From Gemmatimonadota bacterium (GTDB taxonomy: Bacteria; Gemmatimonadota; Gemmatimonadetes; Gemmatimonadales; GWC2-71-9), in NCBI GenBank assembly GCA_039591655.1, contig JBDHDE010000017.1:1-46813 (forward strand): 46,813 nt of DNA, in the 5' to 3' direction. Positions 17,361 to 26,933 of the stretch are shown here, in pieces. The position numbers and the translations under genes are program-made. The notes under the pieces were generated by a model that was given only the letters and a program-made list of their open reading frames with translations, was not told where the DNA came from and ran no database searches. Within the stretch, counting starts at the first letter, position 1; each line of letters begins with the position of its first letter.

Positions 17361-18787
17361 ATGGTCTCGACTTGGAGGAGGTTGGTCATCCCCGGCACGT
17401 CGAACGGCACCCCGGCGGTGACCACGATCCGGTCGCCGCGCTGCACCAAGTCCCGCGCCAGCAGTCGCTCCCGGGCGCTGTCCACCATCGCTTCGTAGGT
17501 CGGGGCGTGCTCGGCCAGCACCGGACGCACCCCCCAGACGAGGGTGAGGCCGCGGCAAGTGGCGGTCTCGGTCGAGACCCCGACGATGGGGGTCACCGGG
17601 CGGTGGGCGGCGATCTTACGGGCCGTGAACCCGCTCTTGGTGAGGCACACGATGAGCGGCGCGCCCAGCATCCCGGCCGCAATCCCAGTCGCGTAGGCGA
17701 TGGCGTCGTCGCTGGAGCGGGGCCCCTCGGGGCCGGGCGCCGCACGGGGGGGCGCCTGCAGATCCCCCTCGGCGAGCGCCGCCCCCTCCACTTCCCGGAT
17801 GATCCGCGCCATGGCCCGCACCGCGGCAACGGGGTGGGCGCCGATGGCAGTCTCGGCGGAGAGCATCACGGCATCGGTGCCGTCCAGGATAGCGTTGGCC
17901 ACGTCGGAGGCCTCGGCGCGGGTCGGTCGCGGGCTCCGCACCATCGATTCGAGCATCTGGGTCGCGGTGATCACCGGGCGGGCCCTCTCCCGCGCCCGGG
18001 CGATGAGGCGCTTCTGGGTAAGCGGCACCTCCTCGAAGGGGAGCTCCACCCCCAGGTCGCCCCGGGCCACCATCAGCGCATCCGCTGCTTCCAGGATGCG
18101 GGGTAGATCCTGGATGGCTTCGGCCTTCTCGATCTTGGCCACCAGCTGCACCTCGGACGGCACCAGCGCCCGCACCTCCGCGACATCCTCGGCCCGCCGC
18201 ACGAACGAGATCGCGATGAAGTCGACGCCGTGCTCCAGGGCGATGCGCAGATTGTCACGATCGCGCTGCGTGACGGTGGGGGCGCTCACCTGCACCCCCG
18301 GGAGGTTCATCCCCTTGTGGCTCCTGAGAAGGCCGCCGTGGCGCACCACGCCGTGCACCCGGGTCCCCTTCACCCGCATGACATCCACCGCCAACAGCCC
18401 GTCGTCCATCAGGATGCGGGCCTCGGGCCCCACGTCCTGGGCCAGGGCGCCGTAGGTCGTGGGGAGCTCTCCCCCCCGGGCCTCACCTTGCGGCGCGAAC
18501 ACCACCTCGGCGCCCTCCTCCAGCGTCACGGGCTCGGCCAGCGCCCCCACACGGATCCGCGGCCCCTGGAGGTCCAGCAGCACACTCACGAACCGCCCCA
18601 CCCGCTCGGCTACCGACCGGACCCGGCCGATCCACTGGCTCCACTCCGCCGGGTCGCCGTGGGAGCTGTTGATCCGGACGACGCCGACACCGGATTCAAT
18701 GAGCTGAGTGAGTACTCGCTCCTCACACGAGGCCGGCCCGAGGGTGGCTACTATCTTGGTCCTGCAGAAGTGGTTGCGTTGCATCAT
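17357..18787 (-). CDS. pyk: Pyruvate kinase
   Basis: TKIVATLGP, AKIEK, MVARGDLGVE, ATQMLESM, PTRAEASDVANA, DAVMLSAET. Confidence 0.97.
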   Translation of the reverse strand: MMQRNHFCRTKIVATLGPASCEERVLTQLIESGVGVVRINSSHGDPAEWSQWIGRVRSVAERVGRFVSVLLDLQGPRIRVGALAEPVTLEEGAEVVFAPQGEARGGELPTTYGALAQDVGPEARILMDDGLLAVDVMRVKGTRVHGVVRHGGLLRSHKGMNLPGVQVSAPTVTQRDRDNLRIALEHGVDFIAISFVRRAEDVAEVRALVPSEVQLVAKIEKAEAIQDLPRILEAADALMVARGDLGVELPFEEVPLTQKRLIARARERARPVITATQMLESMVRSPRPTRAEASDVANAILDGTDAVMLSAETAIGAHPVAAVRAMARIIREVEGAALAEGDLQAPPRAAPGPEGPRSSDDAIAYATGIAAGMLGAPLIVCLTKSGFTARKIAAHRPVTPIVGVSTETATCRGLTLVWGVRPVLAEHAPTYEAMVDSARERLLARDLVQRGDRIVVTAGVPFDVPGMTNLLQVETM

Positions 18788-19554
18788 CACCGGGTCACCG
18801 GTCGTCCCAGGGCCTCTGCCAGCGCCGGCAAGGCGACGCCTGCCGCCGCGGGCCACCACAGATCTGCCCGGGGGGTGAGGGGCGTCTGTTGCGGGTTGAT
18901 TTCGATCACCGTGGCGCCCCCTGCCAGGGCCACACTGGGCAGATCGGCGGCCGGGTAGACCACCGAGGACGTGCCGATGACGAGCATAGCGTCGCACTGC
19001 CCTGCCAGCGCCCAGGCCCGCTCCACCGCCTGAGGCGGCAGCGACTCCCCGAACCACACCACCCCGGGGCGCACCGGGCCGCCGCACACCTCGCAGGCGA
19101 GCGGCTCGATATCGCCCTCTGCTGGGAGGTCCAGGGCCTCGAGGCGGTCGGCCTCGAACGGGTGCCCCTCTGGACAGCGGAACGCCTCCAGCGATCCGTG
19201 GAGCTCTACGATATCCCGGCTCCCCGCACGCCGGTGCAGCCCGTCGACGTTCTGCGTTACCACCACGAGGCTGTCGAACGTGCCATCCAGCGACGCCAGG
19301 GCCAGGTGCCCTGCGTGCGGCTCGACCCGGCGCGCCAGACGCCAGCGGTACACGTACCAGCCGAACACACGTGCGGGATCACTGCGGTAGGCCTGCGGGG
19401 TGGCGAGCTGCATGGGATCGTAGCGTGCCCACCAGCCGGTGAGAGCGTCCCGGAAGGTGGGCACCCCGGACTCCTGGGACATCCCGGCTCCCGTGAGTGC
19501 CACCACCCGCTGGACACCGCTTACGAGCTCGGCGGCGCGCCGGCACTCATCCAT
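18787..19554 (-). CDS. cobB: NAD-dependent protein deacylase (sirtuin, CobB/class III)
   Basis: TGAGMSQESGVPTFR, TQNVDGLH, ELHGS, RPGVVWFGE, GTSSVVYPAA. GGAGG RBS. Confidence 0.92.
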   Translation of the reverse strand: MDECRRAAELVSGVQRVVALTGAGMSQESGVPTFRDALTGWWARYDPMQLATPQAYRSDPARVFGWYVYRWRLARRVEPHAGHLALASLDGTFDSLVVVTQNVDGLHRRAGSRDIVELHGSLEAFRCPEGHPFEADRLEALDLPAEGDIEPLACEVCGGPVRPGVVWFGESLPPQAVERAWALAGQCDAMLVIGTSSVVYPAADLPSVALAGGATVIEINPQQTPLTPRADLWWPAAAGVALPALAEALGRPVTR

Positions 19555-19637
19555 GGTTGCCGCCTCCGGTAGGGTATTCCACGTGCCCACAAAGCGTCCA
19601 CACGGGCTCTCAACATGCGTGTGGATTGCCGCAGGCG

Positions 19638-20702
19638 CTATGGTGGGAGCTCCATGAGCCAGAGGTTGGCGGGACCGCCGAATTGGTCGACTGGCTGCTC
19701 CACCTCCGCGACCAACCGGCGACTCCCGGGCACGGCGGCGATGCGCAGCACCCAGCCCCAGCCCGGGGGCACGCTGGCGGAGTCCAGTACCCCGGTGGAG
19801 GGGTCGAGCACCTCGACCCAGGAGCTGTCGGTGAGGACCGCCACGGCCAGACCGTCCACCTGCACCAGATCCAACACGCCGCGGGAAAAGAACCCCACCT
19901 CCACCCACTCCGACGATCCCAGAGCCTGGTGCAGCAGACGCGTGCGGTCGGACTCCACCACCAACCAGGTGCCGCCGTCGGGCGCGGGCGCGTACGCGAC
20001 TGCCGAGTCCGCACCCGGGACCACAGTGGCCTCGCCGGTCACCAGGTTCACGTCCATCAGGGCCTTGGGTACGAGGGTGGTGTCGGTGAAGCGCTCGGCC
20101 CCACCACCCTTAACCTTGGGGATGTAGTCCTCGGCGGCGAGGAACCGGATCGTGACCGAGTCGCGCCACGACGGGTTCATGACGGCATTGACGAGACGGT
20201 TATCAGGCAGGCGCAGATACGTCTCCCAGCTGAACTCGACGTCCGCCGGATCGTCAATCGGGGCCACCCGCAGCTCGCGGTCGCTGGCGGCGAGGACGGC
20301 GAACTGGTAGCTCTTCTCGTACACGTAGGCGATGCGCGCGCCGTCGGGGGAAACGACCGGCTCGACCCAGGTCACCACCGAGTCGTCCGGCACCGGAGGC
20401 GGCGGCGGGCAGAGTGTCGCCAGCAGCGTGCCCCCCTCCGGCGGGAGCAGCGCTATGCACCGCTCCCGGCTGCCGACCTCATCGGACAGGCGGGAGTAGG
20501 CCAGCACCCCTGCCGCCACCGACGGACTGCGGTCGGCTCCGCCGACGCCGTCGAACGTCAGGCGCCGGGGCATGCCGGCACTTACGGGGGGCAGGGCCTC
20601 CGGTGGCTCGTAGTCCGGCGGCGTCGTGTGCTCGCACGCCACCGGCCCGGCGAGGCCGAGCAGCAGTGCAGACAGCGCCGGCCGGATCGTGCGGCGGCGC
20701 AT
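19638..20702 (-). CDS. Lipoprotein with PD40/TolB-like beta-propeller
   Basis: Signal peptide ending PVA-C. Motifs RRLTF, PVVSPDGARIAY, NPSW. TGATG-coupled to the TBDR. Confidence 0.7.
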   Translation of the reverse strand: MRRRTIRPALSALLLGLAGPVACEHTTPPDYEPPEALPPVSAGMPRRLTFDGVGGADRSPSVAAGVLAYSRLSDEVGSRERCIALLPPEGGTLLATLCPPPPPVPDDSVVTWVEPVVSPDGARIAYVYEKSYQFAVLAASDRELRVAPIDDPADVEFSWETYLRLPDNRLVNAVMNPSWRDSVTIRFLAAEDYIPKVKGGGAERFTDTTLVPKALMDVNLVTGEATVVPGADSAVAYAPAPDGGTWLVVESDRTRLLHQALGSSEWVEVGFFSRGVLDLVQVDGLAVAVLTDSSWVEVLDPSTGVLDSASVPPGWGWVLRIAAVPGSRRLVAEVEQPVDQFGGPANLWLMELPP

Positions 20703-23500
20703 CAGAACGCCACCTCAACGCCCAGGCGCAACAGCCGCGGCGCCCCGTAGGCAAAGATCGGTTGGAGGAAATCCTGTGCCGCCCGGCGGTACATCGGCAA
20801 CAGCTCCCCCTCTCCTGCTATCAGACCGTCCCCGTTGAGGTCGGCATGGGGCCGGTACCGTGGCGACTCGTACGCAATCGACCCGGGATTGGCATCGTAG
20901 GCGTCTCGGGCCGCCTCCTCGATCTGCGGCTCTCCGGCGTGCGGCGTTCCCGACTCCCGGCGCACCGCCACCACGTTCCGGTGGTTGGTCACGTTGCGCA
21001 CGTCCACGTAGACTCCGAGGCTCAGGCCGCCCAACCTAAAGGCACGGCGGATCAGCAGGTCCAGCGCGTACTGGCCGGGCAGGCGTTCGCTGTTGGGGGA
21101 GCCGATAATCGAGTCGCCGCCCGGCGTGGTGCGGCTGTAGGGGAGACCGGACCCCCAGCGGAGCACCATCCCGCCTTCGAACCCGCCGAGCACCGGGCCG
21201 AGCCGCTCGGGGATCCGTCCCCTGGCGGTCACTATCAGTGAGTGCCGCCGGTCGAAATCCAGGGGGAAGGTCACGCCAGCCGGCAAGACCGTGTCGCCCA
21301 CCGGCGTGATGCGCAGCCGGCGGAAGAAGTCCTCAGCATTGGTGGCCGTGGCCTCCGCCTTCTGCAGCACGTACGAGACGCTCCCTCCCCACCCGCCGAC
21401 GTAGTCCCGCTCCAGGGAGAACTCGATGCCCCGTACGTCTCCGAAGTCGGCGTTCCCGAACACGGCGCTGTCCACATCGACTCCGATGGGCACAGATGCC
21501 ACCAGCCCATCTAGGCGTCTCACGTAGACCCCGAGCCGGATGCCGGTGTTGAGTGCGGGCCGCACGCGCACCTGGAGCTCGTATTGGGTGGCGGTCTCGA
21601 ACCCCAGCGCGGGGTTGCCCCGGCGAAACCGGCCGGTGCGCAGGGTGTCGTCGAAGGCGGCGTCTGTGAGGTACTGGTAGTCCGGCGGCTGGGCGAAGCG
21701 TCCCCAGCTCGCCACCACCAGCGCCCCCTTCAGTATGGCGGAGAATCCCACGCGCGGCCCGAGGGCCACCTTCGTACGCAAGTCTAGAGTGGTATCCAGC
21801 TGGGCGCGGGGATTGAAGGCGTCCACCCGGAGCCCAACGGTGAAGGCGACGTCCTTGAGGCGCTGCATCCACTCGCCATAGCCCGAGGCGTGGAACGGAG
21901 AGAACTCCGAGCTCACCGGGGCCGGCGCTCCCCGTGCCACCGTCTCGTACGCCTCGAGCCGAGTGAACGTCTGCACCTTCTGGCTCACATACTCTCCGCC
22001 CAACCTGATGTCTGTGTTCCGGCCGGGGCCTAGAAAGACGTCGAGGCGGGCCCGTCCCTCGCGAAAGCGGTTCCAGGCGAGCTCGCCCCGCGGCGAGTCG
22101 GTCATGAAGAACGCCGGTACGCCCCAGGGCGTCTGCTGCGCGAAGGCCGGGATAGCGAATCCCGGAATGCGTCCGAGGGCGGCCACCGTATCCCGCGTAC
22201 GGGCGATCTCTTCGCCGGCGAAGTCCCACTTCGAGAACGTGAATGCCCCGTAGCGGAAGTCCGGCGGCGAGAGGAGCGGTGCCCGGTGGGATTCCTTGTC
22301 GAAGTAGCTGGCCCTCAAGTCCACCACTGCGGTACGCGTAGCCTGCGGCCGGGTGACGTGCTGGAAGTGCGCCATGGCGAACCCGCCATCCGTGCGCTGG
22401 GCCAGCCCGCGCCCGGACTCGTACTTGAGCACCGGGTCGAACAGCTGCCGCTGCACCTGGGAGAGGACGCCCTCGACGCGCAGGGTGTTTCGAGCGCCCA
22501 CCGGAACCGTGAGCTTGCCGAACAGATCGTAGCGCTCCCCGGCATTGTTGGGGAGCACCCAGGGCTCCGCGGCACGGGGGTCCAGCGCGTCGGGGGGGGC
22601 CGGCGCATTCACCGGCTCGTGGTCCAGCCGCCCCTGGGCGTCGATGGCGGCGAAGAACCTAACACCTCCGAAGACGGGGCCTCCGAGGGCCGCAACCAAG
22701 CGGTCGAGCCCGTAGTCCCACCCGTTGCCCAGAGGCCGATCGGTCTCGAGGGCGACGGTCCCCTCCAGCCGCTCGCCGCCCTCCCGGGTCACGGCCAGCA
22801 GCATGCCCGAGAGCGCCTGCCCGTACTGGGCCGAGAAGCCGTTGGTGACCAGGGTGGCTTCCCGGATCGCGATGGCCGGGATGGCGATGCCGGTGAGCCC
22901 GGATGCCGCATCCAACTGGTTCTTCACCGGCATGCCGTCGAGCACGAAGACCTCCTGCCCGGCCCTGCCGCCGCGAATGGACGCCTGCACCACTCCCGCC
23001 TTGAGAGCGATGGCCTCATCGAGACTGGTGACGGGAAGCTGCCGCAGGTCCGCCGCGGTGACCTGCTGTACAGTGGCGGCAATGCGGGGATCGAGTAGAG
23101 GATCCGGTTCGGCCTCCACCGCTATCCCCGGGAGCTCAACCGCCTCCGGCGCGAGCTGAACGTCCAGAACCAGCGTGGCGCCCCCGACCACGACGAGGCT
23201 GTCCCGCACCACCGGTCGGTAGCCCACGGCACGGACGGTGACGCGGTGGACGCCGGGGCGCACTTCGCGGACGCGGTACCGGCCGTCGGCGTCGGTGAGC
23301 CCGCCGTACTGACCGCGGCCCACCTCCACCCTCGCGCCCGGGATCGGCTCTCCGCTCACCGCGTTCGTCACGCGTCCCGCGACAACACCCCCGGTTTGCG
23401 CCGCGAGCTCTACAGGCAGCAACACGGCGCCCAGGAGGACGAGCGCGAACGCGAACCTCACCGCGAACCCCCAACTGCCATCCGTGTCCCCCTCGCTCAT
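20702..23500 (-). CDS. TonB-dependent outer membrane receptor with N-terminal carboxypeptidase-regulatory-like domain
   Basis: Signal peptide, GRVTNAVSGEPIPGARV, plug motifs (IRGGR, DGMPV, GFSAQYGQALSG), GNPAL, C-terminal GVEVAF. The start may be GTG 23461. Confidence 0.9.
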   Translation of the reverse strand: MSEGDTDGSWGFAVRFAFALVLLGAVLLPVELAAQTGGVVAGRVTNAVSGEPIPGARVEVGRGQYGGLTDADGRYRVREVRPGVHRVTVRAVGYRPVVRDSLVVVGGATLVLDVQLAPEAVELPGIAVEAEPDPLLDPRIAATVQQVTAADLRQLPVTSLDEAIALKAGVVQASIRGGRAGQEVFVLDGMPVKNQLDAASGLTGIAIPAIAIREATLVTNGFSAQYGQALSGMLLAVTREGGERLEGTVALETDRPLGNGWDYGLDRLVAALGGPVFGGVRFFAAIDAQGRLDHEPVNAPAPPDALDPRAAEPWVLPNNAGERYDLFGKLTVPVGARNTLRVEGVLSQVQRQLFDPVLKYESGRGLAQRTDGGFAMAHFQHVTRPQATRTAVVDLRASYFDKESHRAPLLSPPDFRYGAFTFSKWDFAGEEIARTRDTVAALGRIPGFAIPAFAQQTPWGVPAFFMTDSPRGELAWNRFREGRARLDVFLGPGRNTDIRLGGEYVSQKVQTFTRLEAYETVARGAPAPVSSEFSPFHASGYGEWMQRLKDVAFTVGLRVDAFNPRAQLDTTLDLRTKVALGPRVGFSAILKGALVVASWGRFAQPPDYQYLTDAAFDDTLRTGRFRRGNPALGFETATQYELQVRVRPALNTGIRLGVYVRRLDGLVASVPIGVDVDSAVFGNADFGDVRGIEFSLERDYVGGWGGSVSYVLQKAEATATNAEDFFRRLRITPVGDTVLPAGVTFPLDFDRRHSLIVTARGRIPERLGPVLGGFEGGMVLRWGSGLPYSRTTPGGDSIIGSPNSERLPGQYALDLLIRRAFRLGGLSLGVYVDVRNVTNHRNVVAVRRESGTPHAGEPQIEEAARDAYDANPGSIAYESPRYRPHADLNGDGLIAGEGELLPMYRRAAQDFLQPIFAYGAPRLLRLGVEVAF

Positions 23501-23561
23501 CGCCCTGCGGTCCCTACGGTGGCTCGATGGGCTCTACCCCGGAACGGTCGAGGAGATCGCT

Positions 23562-24794
23562 CTAGGACCGCCCGGCGGCCGTCACGGGATACGTTCGGGC
23601 GACGTAGTCGTTCAGGATCTCGAGGAACTCCTCCACGATCCTGTCCCCCTTGAGCGTGATCCTGAGCTCGCCGTCGACGTACACCGGTGCTTTGGGCTCT
23701 TCGAAGGTGCCCGGGAGGGAGATCCCGATGTTGGCGTGCTTCGACTCGCCCGGGCCGTTCACCACACACCCCATCACCGCGACCCGCATCTCCTCCACTC
23801 CGGGATGGTCCCGCTGCCACACGGGCATCTGCTCGCGCAGATACGACTGGATCTGCTCGGCCATCTCCTGGAAGAAGGTGCTGGTGGTGCGGCCGCACCC
23901 GGGGCACGCCGTCACCTGCGGCATAAACGACCTCAAATCCATCGCCTGGAGAATCTGCTGGGCCACGCGGACTTCTTCGGTGCGGTCGCCGCCGGGGGCC
24001 GGCGTGAGGGAGATGCGGATGGTGTCGCCGATTCCCTCCTGCAGCAGGATGGCGAGCCCGGCGGTGCTCCCCACGACCCCCTTGGCCCCCATGCCCGCCT
24101 CCGTGAGCCCCAGGTGCAGCGGGTAGTCCGAGAGGGGCGCGAGCTTGCGGTACACGGCCACCAGATCCTGTACCTGGGACATCTTGACCGAGAGGATGAT
24201 GCGGTCGTGCGGCAATCCGACGTCCTCGGCGAAGGCGGCCGAGCGCATCGCGCTCTCGACCATGGCGCCCAGCGTGACGTCCCGCGCATCCAGCGGCTCG
24301 TCGAGCGAGGCGTTCTCGTCCATCAGCTCCGTGAGGAGATTCTGGTCCAGGGAGCCCCAGTTCACCCCGATGCGGATCGGTTTGTCGTTGGCGACCGCCA
24401 CTTCCAGGATCTGCTTGAAGTGCTCGTCGCGCCGCCTAGCGCCCACGTTGCCGGGGTTGATGCGGTACTTGGCAAGAGCCGTCGCCATGTCGGGGAACTT
24501 GGGCAGCAGGATGTGCCCATTGTAGTGGAAGTCGCCGATGATGGGCACGGTAACGCCCTGGTCCGCCAGCCGCTGCACGATCTCCGGCACAGCCCGGGCC
24601 GCCGGCTCGTTGTTCACCGTCACGCGCACCAGCTCGCTGCCGGCTTGGGCCAACGCGGCGACCTGCTCCACCGTCGCGGCCACATCGGCCGTTTCGGTGT
24701 TGGTCATGGACTGGACCACGATGGGGTGGCAGGACCCCACCGGCACGTCCCCCACCCAGGTGGTGACGGTTGTGCGGCGTACTACTGGACACAT
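23562..24794 (-). CDS. ispG: 4-hydroxy-3-methylbut-2-en-1-yl diphosphate synthase
   Basis: [40 protein letters not shown], Fe-S ligands CPGC and GCVVNGPGE. Confidence 0.97.
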   Translation of the reverse strand: MCPVVRRTTVTTWVGDVPVGSCHPIVVQSMTNTETADVAATVEQVAALAQAGSELVRVTVNNEPAARAVPEIVQRLADQGVTVPIIGDFHYNGHILLPKFPDMATALAKYRINPGNVGARRRDEHFKQILEVAVANDKPIRIGVNWGSLDQNLLTELMDENASLDEPLDARDVTLGAMVESAMRSAAFAEDVGLPHDRIILSVKMSQVQDLVAVYRKLAPLSDYPLHLGLTEAGMGAKGVVGSTAGLAILLQEGIGDTIRISLTPAPGGDRTEEVRVAQQILQAMDLRSFMPQVTACPGCGRTTSTFFQEMAEQIQSYLREQMPVWQRDHPGVEEMRVAVMGCVVNGPGESKHANIGISLPGTFEEPKAPVYVDGELRITLKGDRIVEEFLEILNDYVARTYPVTAAGRS

Positions 24795-24821
24795 GGGGCG
24801 AAATGAGACATGGGGCGAAAT
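24791..24821. repeat. 14-bp direct repeat with 17-bp period at the ispG start
   Basis: ACATGGGGCGAAAT occurs at 24791-24804 and 24808-24821. Confidence 0.9.
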
Positions 24822-24945
24822 ATAGGCGCGGGCGGCGCTGGGCGTATCCAACCCGCCCGCCGATGGCCGACGTGCGACCGAGAGCGGCGACACTCCTGTG
24901 GGGCGGCGCTTCCCCTTTCCCCGTTTCCCCCTCCCTAGCGCCGCC

Positions 24946-26115
24946 TCACACCAGCAAGTGGCACAGGAACGCCGTTGCGACCCCCAGGTAGTTCCCCAGC
25001 GCGTACCCGATCAGCGCCAGCATGATGGACACCGGCACCAGCTCTTCGCGGTGGAACGCGGCGGCGACCGGCGCCGAGGCGGCGCCCCCCACCGACGACA
25101 CGCTGGCGACCGCCGCCATGCTGACGTCGATGCGGAACAGCTTGGCGCCTGCGATGACGAACACGAAGTGGATCGCAACGCAGATGAATCCCGCGATGAT
25201 GAACCACTGCGCGCCGCCCAGCTCCCTCAGGTCCGCCTGGGCGCCCATCATCGTCATGTAGATGTAAACGAAGGTCATGGAGAGCGGTTCGGTGCCGGGG
25301 ACGTTCTTGAGCTTCGTCGCAGAGAGCCCGATGCCGAAAGTGGTCACCAGCAAGATGGCCCAGGTGCGCTCGGTGAACACCGGCTGCAACTCGGGGAAGA
25401 GGCGCGCGAGCTGGGTTGCCGCGAGTATGGCGATGAAGCCCCACCCTAACAGCGTGAGCGCGTCACGGAAGTGCACCTCGTGGGTCTTCTTCTCCACTTG
25501 CTTGGCCGCGTCCGAGAAGTGGGCCACCTGCTTAGCGGACACCCCCGTGAATCGGTTGAACGAATCGGCCCAGCGCTTGCACGTGATGATCAGCGGGAAG
25601 TAGAAGACGTAGACGAGGTTGTCCACCAATACGACCATTCCCACCATCTCGCCCGGTGTGTTCAGGCTGTCGGCCACGGCCGCGAGGTTCCCCGTGCCGC
25701 CGATCCAGCTGCCGGCAAGCGCCCCGAAGCCCATCCAGGTTCCTTCCGGCACCCCGCTGCGGAACATCGCGAAGGCGATCACGGCGCCCGCCACGATCCC
25801 CACCGCCCCCATCACCATCACCGCCGCCCCGCGCCACGCCACTCGCATCGCCTCCCGGACGTTGATGTCCAACAGCATCAGCACGATGAACATCGGCACG
25901 GCGAAGGACCGGAACGTGGTGTAGATCGGGCTGGACCTGGGAATCACGTTCAGGTTCGAGAGGACGATGGGCGCGATGAAGATCCATACTATGGCCGGAA
26001 GGATGTCGAAGATCTTCCACCGGGTCGTGCGCTCGAGCCAGAGGAAGAACACCGGGACCATGATGATCACGGTCATCACGCCGACGAGATCGTCGAACAG
26101 CGGTTGGGATTCCAT
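24946..26115 (-). CDS. DUF819 family integral membrane protein
   Basis: About 10 TM segments. Motifs [36 protein letters not shown]. Confidence 0.85.
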   Translation of the reverse strand: MESQPLFDDLVGVMTVIIMVPVFFLWLERTTRWKIFDILPAIVWIFIAPIVLSNLNVIPRSSPIYTTFRSFAVPMFIVLMLLDINVREAMRVAWRGAAVMVMGAVGIVAGAVIAFAMFRSGVPEGTWMGFGALAGSWIGGTGNLAAVADSLNTPGEMVGMVVLVDNLVYVFYFPLIITCKRWADSFNRFTGVSAKQVAHFSDAAKQVEKKTHEVHFRDALTLLGWGFIAILAATQLARLFPELQPVFTERTWAILLVTTFGIGLSATKLKNVPGTEPLSMTFVYIYMTMMGAQADLRELGGAQWFIIAGFICVAIHFVFVIAGAKLFRIDVSMAAVASVSSVGGAASAPVAAAFHREELVPVSIMLALIGYALGNYLGVATAFLCHLLV

Positions 26116-26177
26116 CACTCCCCTCGAATCAGTGTGGTCTCGCTTGGTGCATCACCGGTGGACGGCGCGCCGCAGGT

Positions 26178-26211
26178 AAGAACGGCGCCCCGGAGCAGGT
26201 CCGGGGCGCCG
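26178..26211 (-). terminator. Putative intrinsic terminator
   Basis: 12-bp perfect stem CGGCGCCCCGGA/TCCGGGGCGCCG followed by TTCTT on the minus strand, 30 nt after the stop at 26242. Confidence 0.6.
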
Positions 26212-26241
26212 CAGTGGTATCCCGGGCACGTCATCCGGGGC

Positions 26242-26607
26242 TCAGCAGGTGTGCTCCCAATCGATCCGGAACTCGCCGCCGCACTCCTCGCAGGTCATCT
26301 GGAGAGCATCCGCCGGCTCGATGTGCTGCCGGCCGCGGCAGGCGGGACACACGCAGTATGTCATGCTCATGTTCATATCGCTGGCCCGCCGGGCACCGCG
26401 CTCGGTCTCCCTCCAGGACACGACGCTCCACCTCTCCGGCTTCGCCTCGGCGAGCTCCAGCAGGCCGCGGTTCACCGGTACGGCGCGCTTGTTGACGTCG
26501 AGGATCACCAGCTCCGGCTTGTTGTTGTTCACAACGGCGTACCACGCTCCCCGTCGCAGCCCGTGAGCGCCCACCTGCTTGACCCGTGCCCAAAGCTTGG
26601 ATTCCAC
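26242..26607 (-). CDS. Hypothetical protein with C-terminal zinc ribbon
   Basis: GAGGGGGAG RBS + GTG. Beta-rich N-terminal part (LRRGAWYAVV) and CPAC...CEEC. Confidence 0.72.
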   Translation of the reverse strand: MESKLWARVKQVGAHGLRRGAWYAVVNNNKPELVILDVNKRAVPVNRGLLELAEAKPERWSVVSWRETERGARRASDMNMSMTYCVCPACRGRQHIEPADALQMTCEECGGEFRIDWEHTC

Positions 26608-26624
26608 GGCCGCTCCCCCTCGAG

Positions 26625-26810
26625 CTAGCGTGCCAACCCCATCACGATGGCGAGCGGAATGGCCACGTACAGCACCAGGTCCCGCACCAGGTAGAATGCC
26701 ACCACCAGCAGCACCAGGCTCCACCCCCGCTTGCGCAGGAGCCCCCGCCAGCCGAGGGACCGCCGCTCCCCGCGCAGCGTGCGTAGGAACCCCACCAGGC
26801 GGCGCCTCAT
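26625..26810 (-). CDS. Small basic membrane protein (61 aa)
   Basis: Arg-rich N-terminus then LVLLVVAFYLVRDLVLYVAIPLAIV. Fills the gap between the nrdJ terminator and the next gene on the same strand. Confidence 0.6.
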   Translation of the reverse strand: MRRRLVGFLRTLRGERRSLGWRGLLRKRGWSLVLLVVAFYLVRDLVLYVAIPLAIVMGLAR

Positions 26811-26876
26811 GGCCTATCCATCACCGTATGGACGCGATTCCATCCCGACCAAGATACGCGCATGCCGGTGCCGACG

Positions 26877-26903
26877 AAAAGGGGCGCGCCGACTGCGCGC
26901 CCC
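26877..26903 (-). terminator. Intrinsic terminator of nrdJ
   Basis: Minus strand GGGGCGCGC-AGTCG-GCGCGCCCC-TTTT. Confidence 0.7.
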
Positions 26904-26933
26904 CGACCAATAGCGTCCCGCGCGGTAGCCGCG

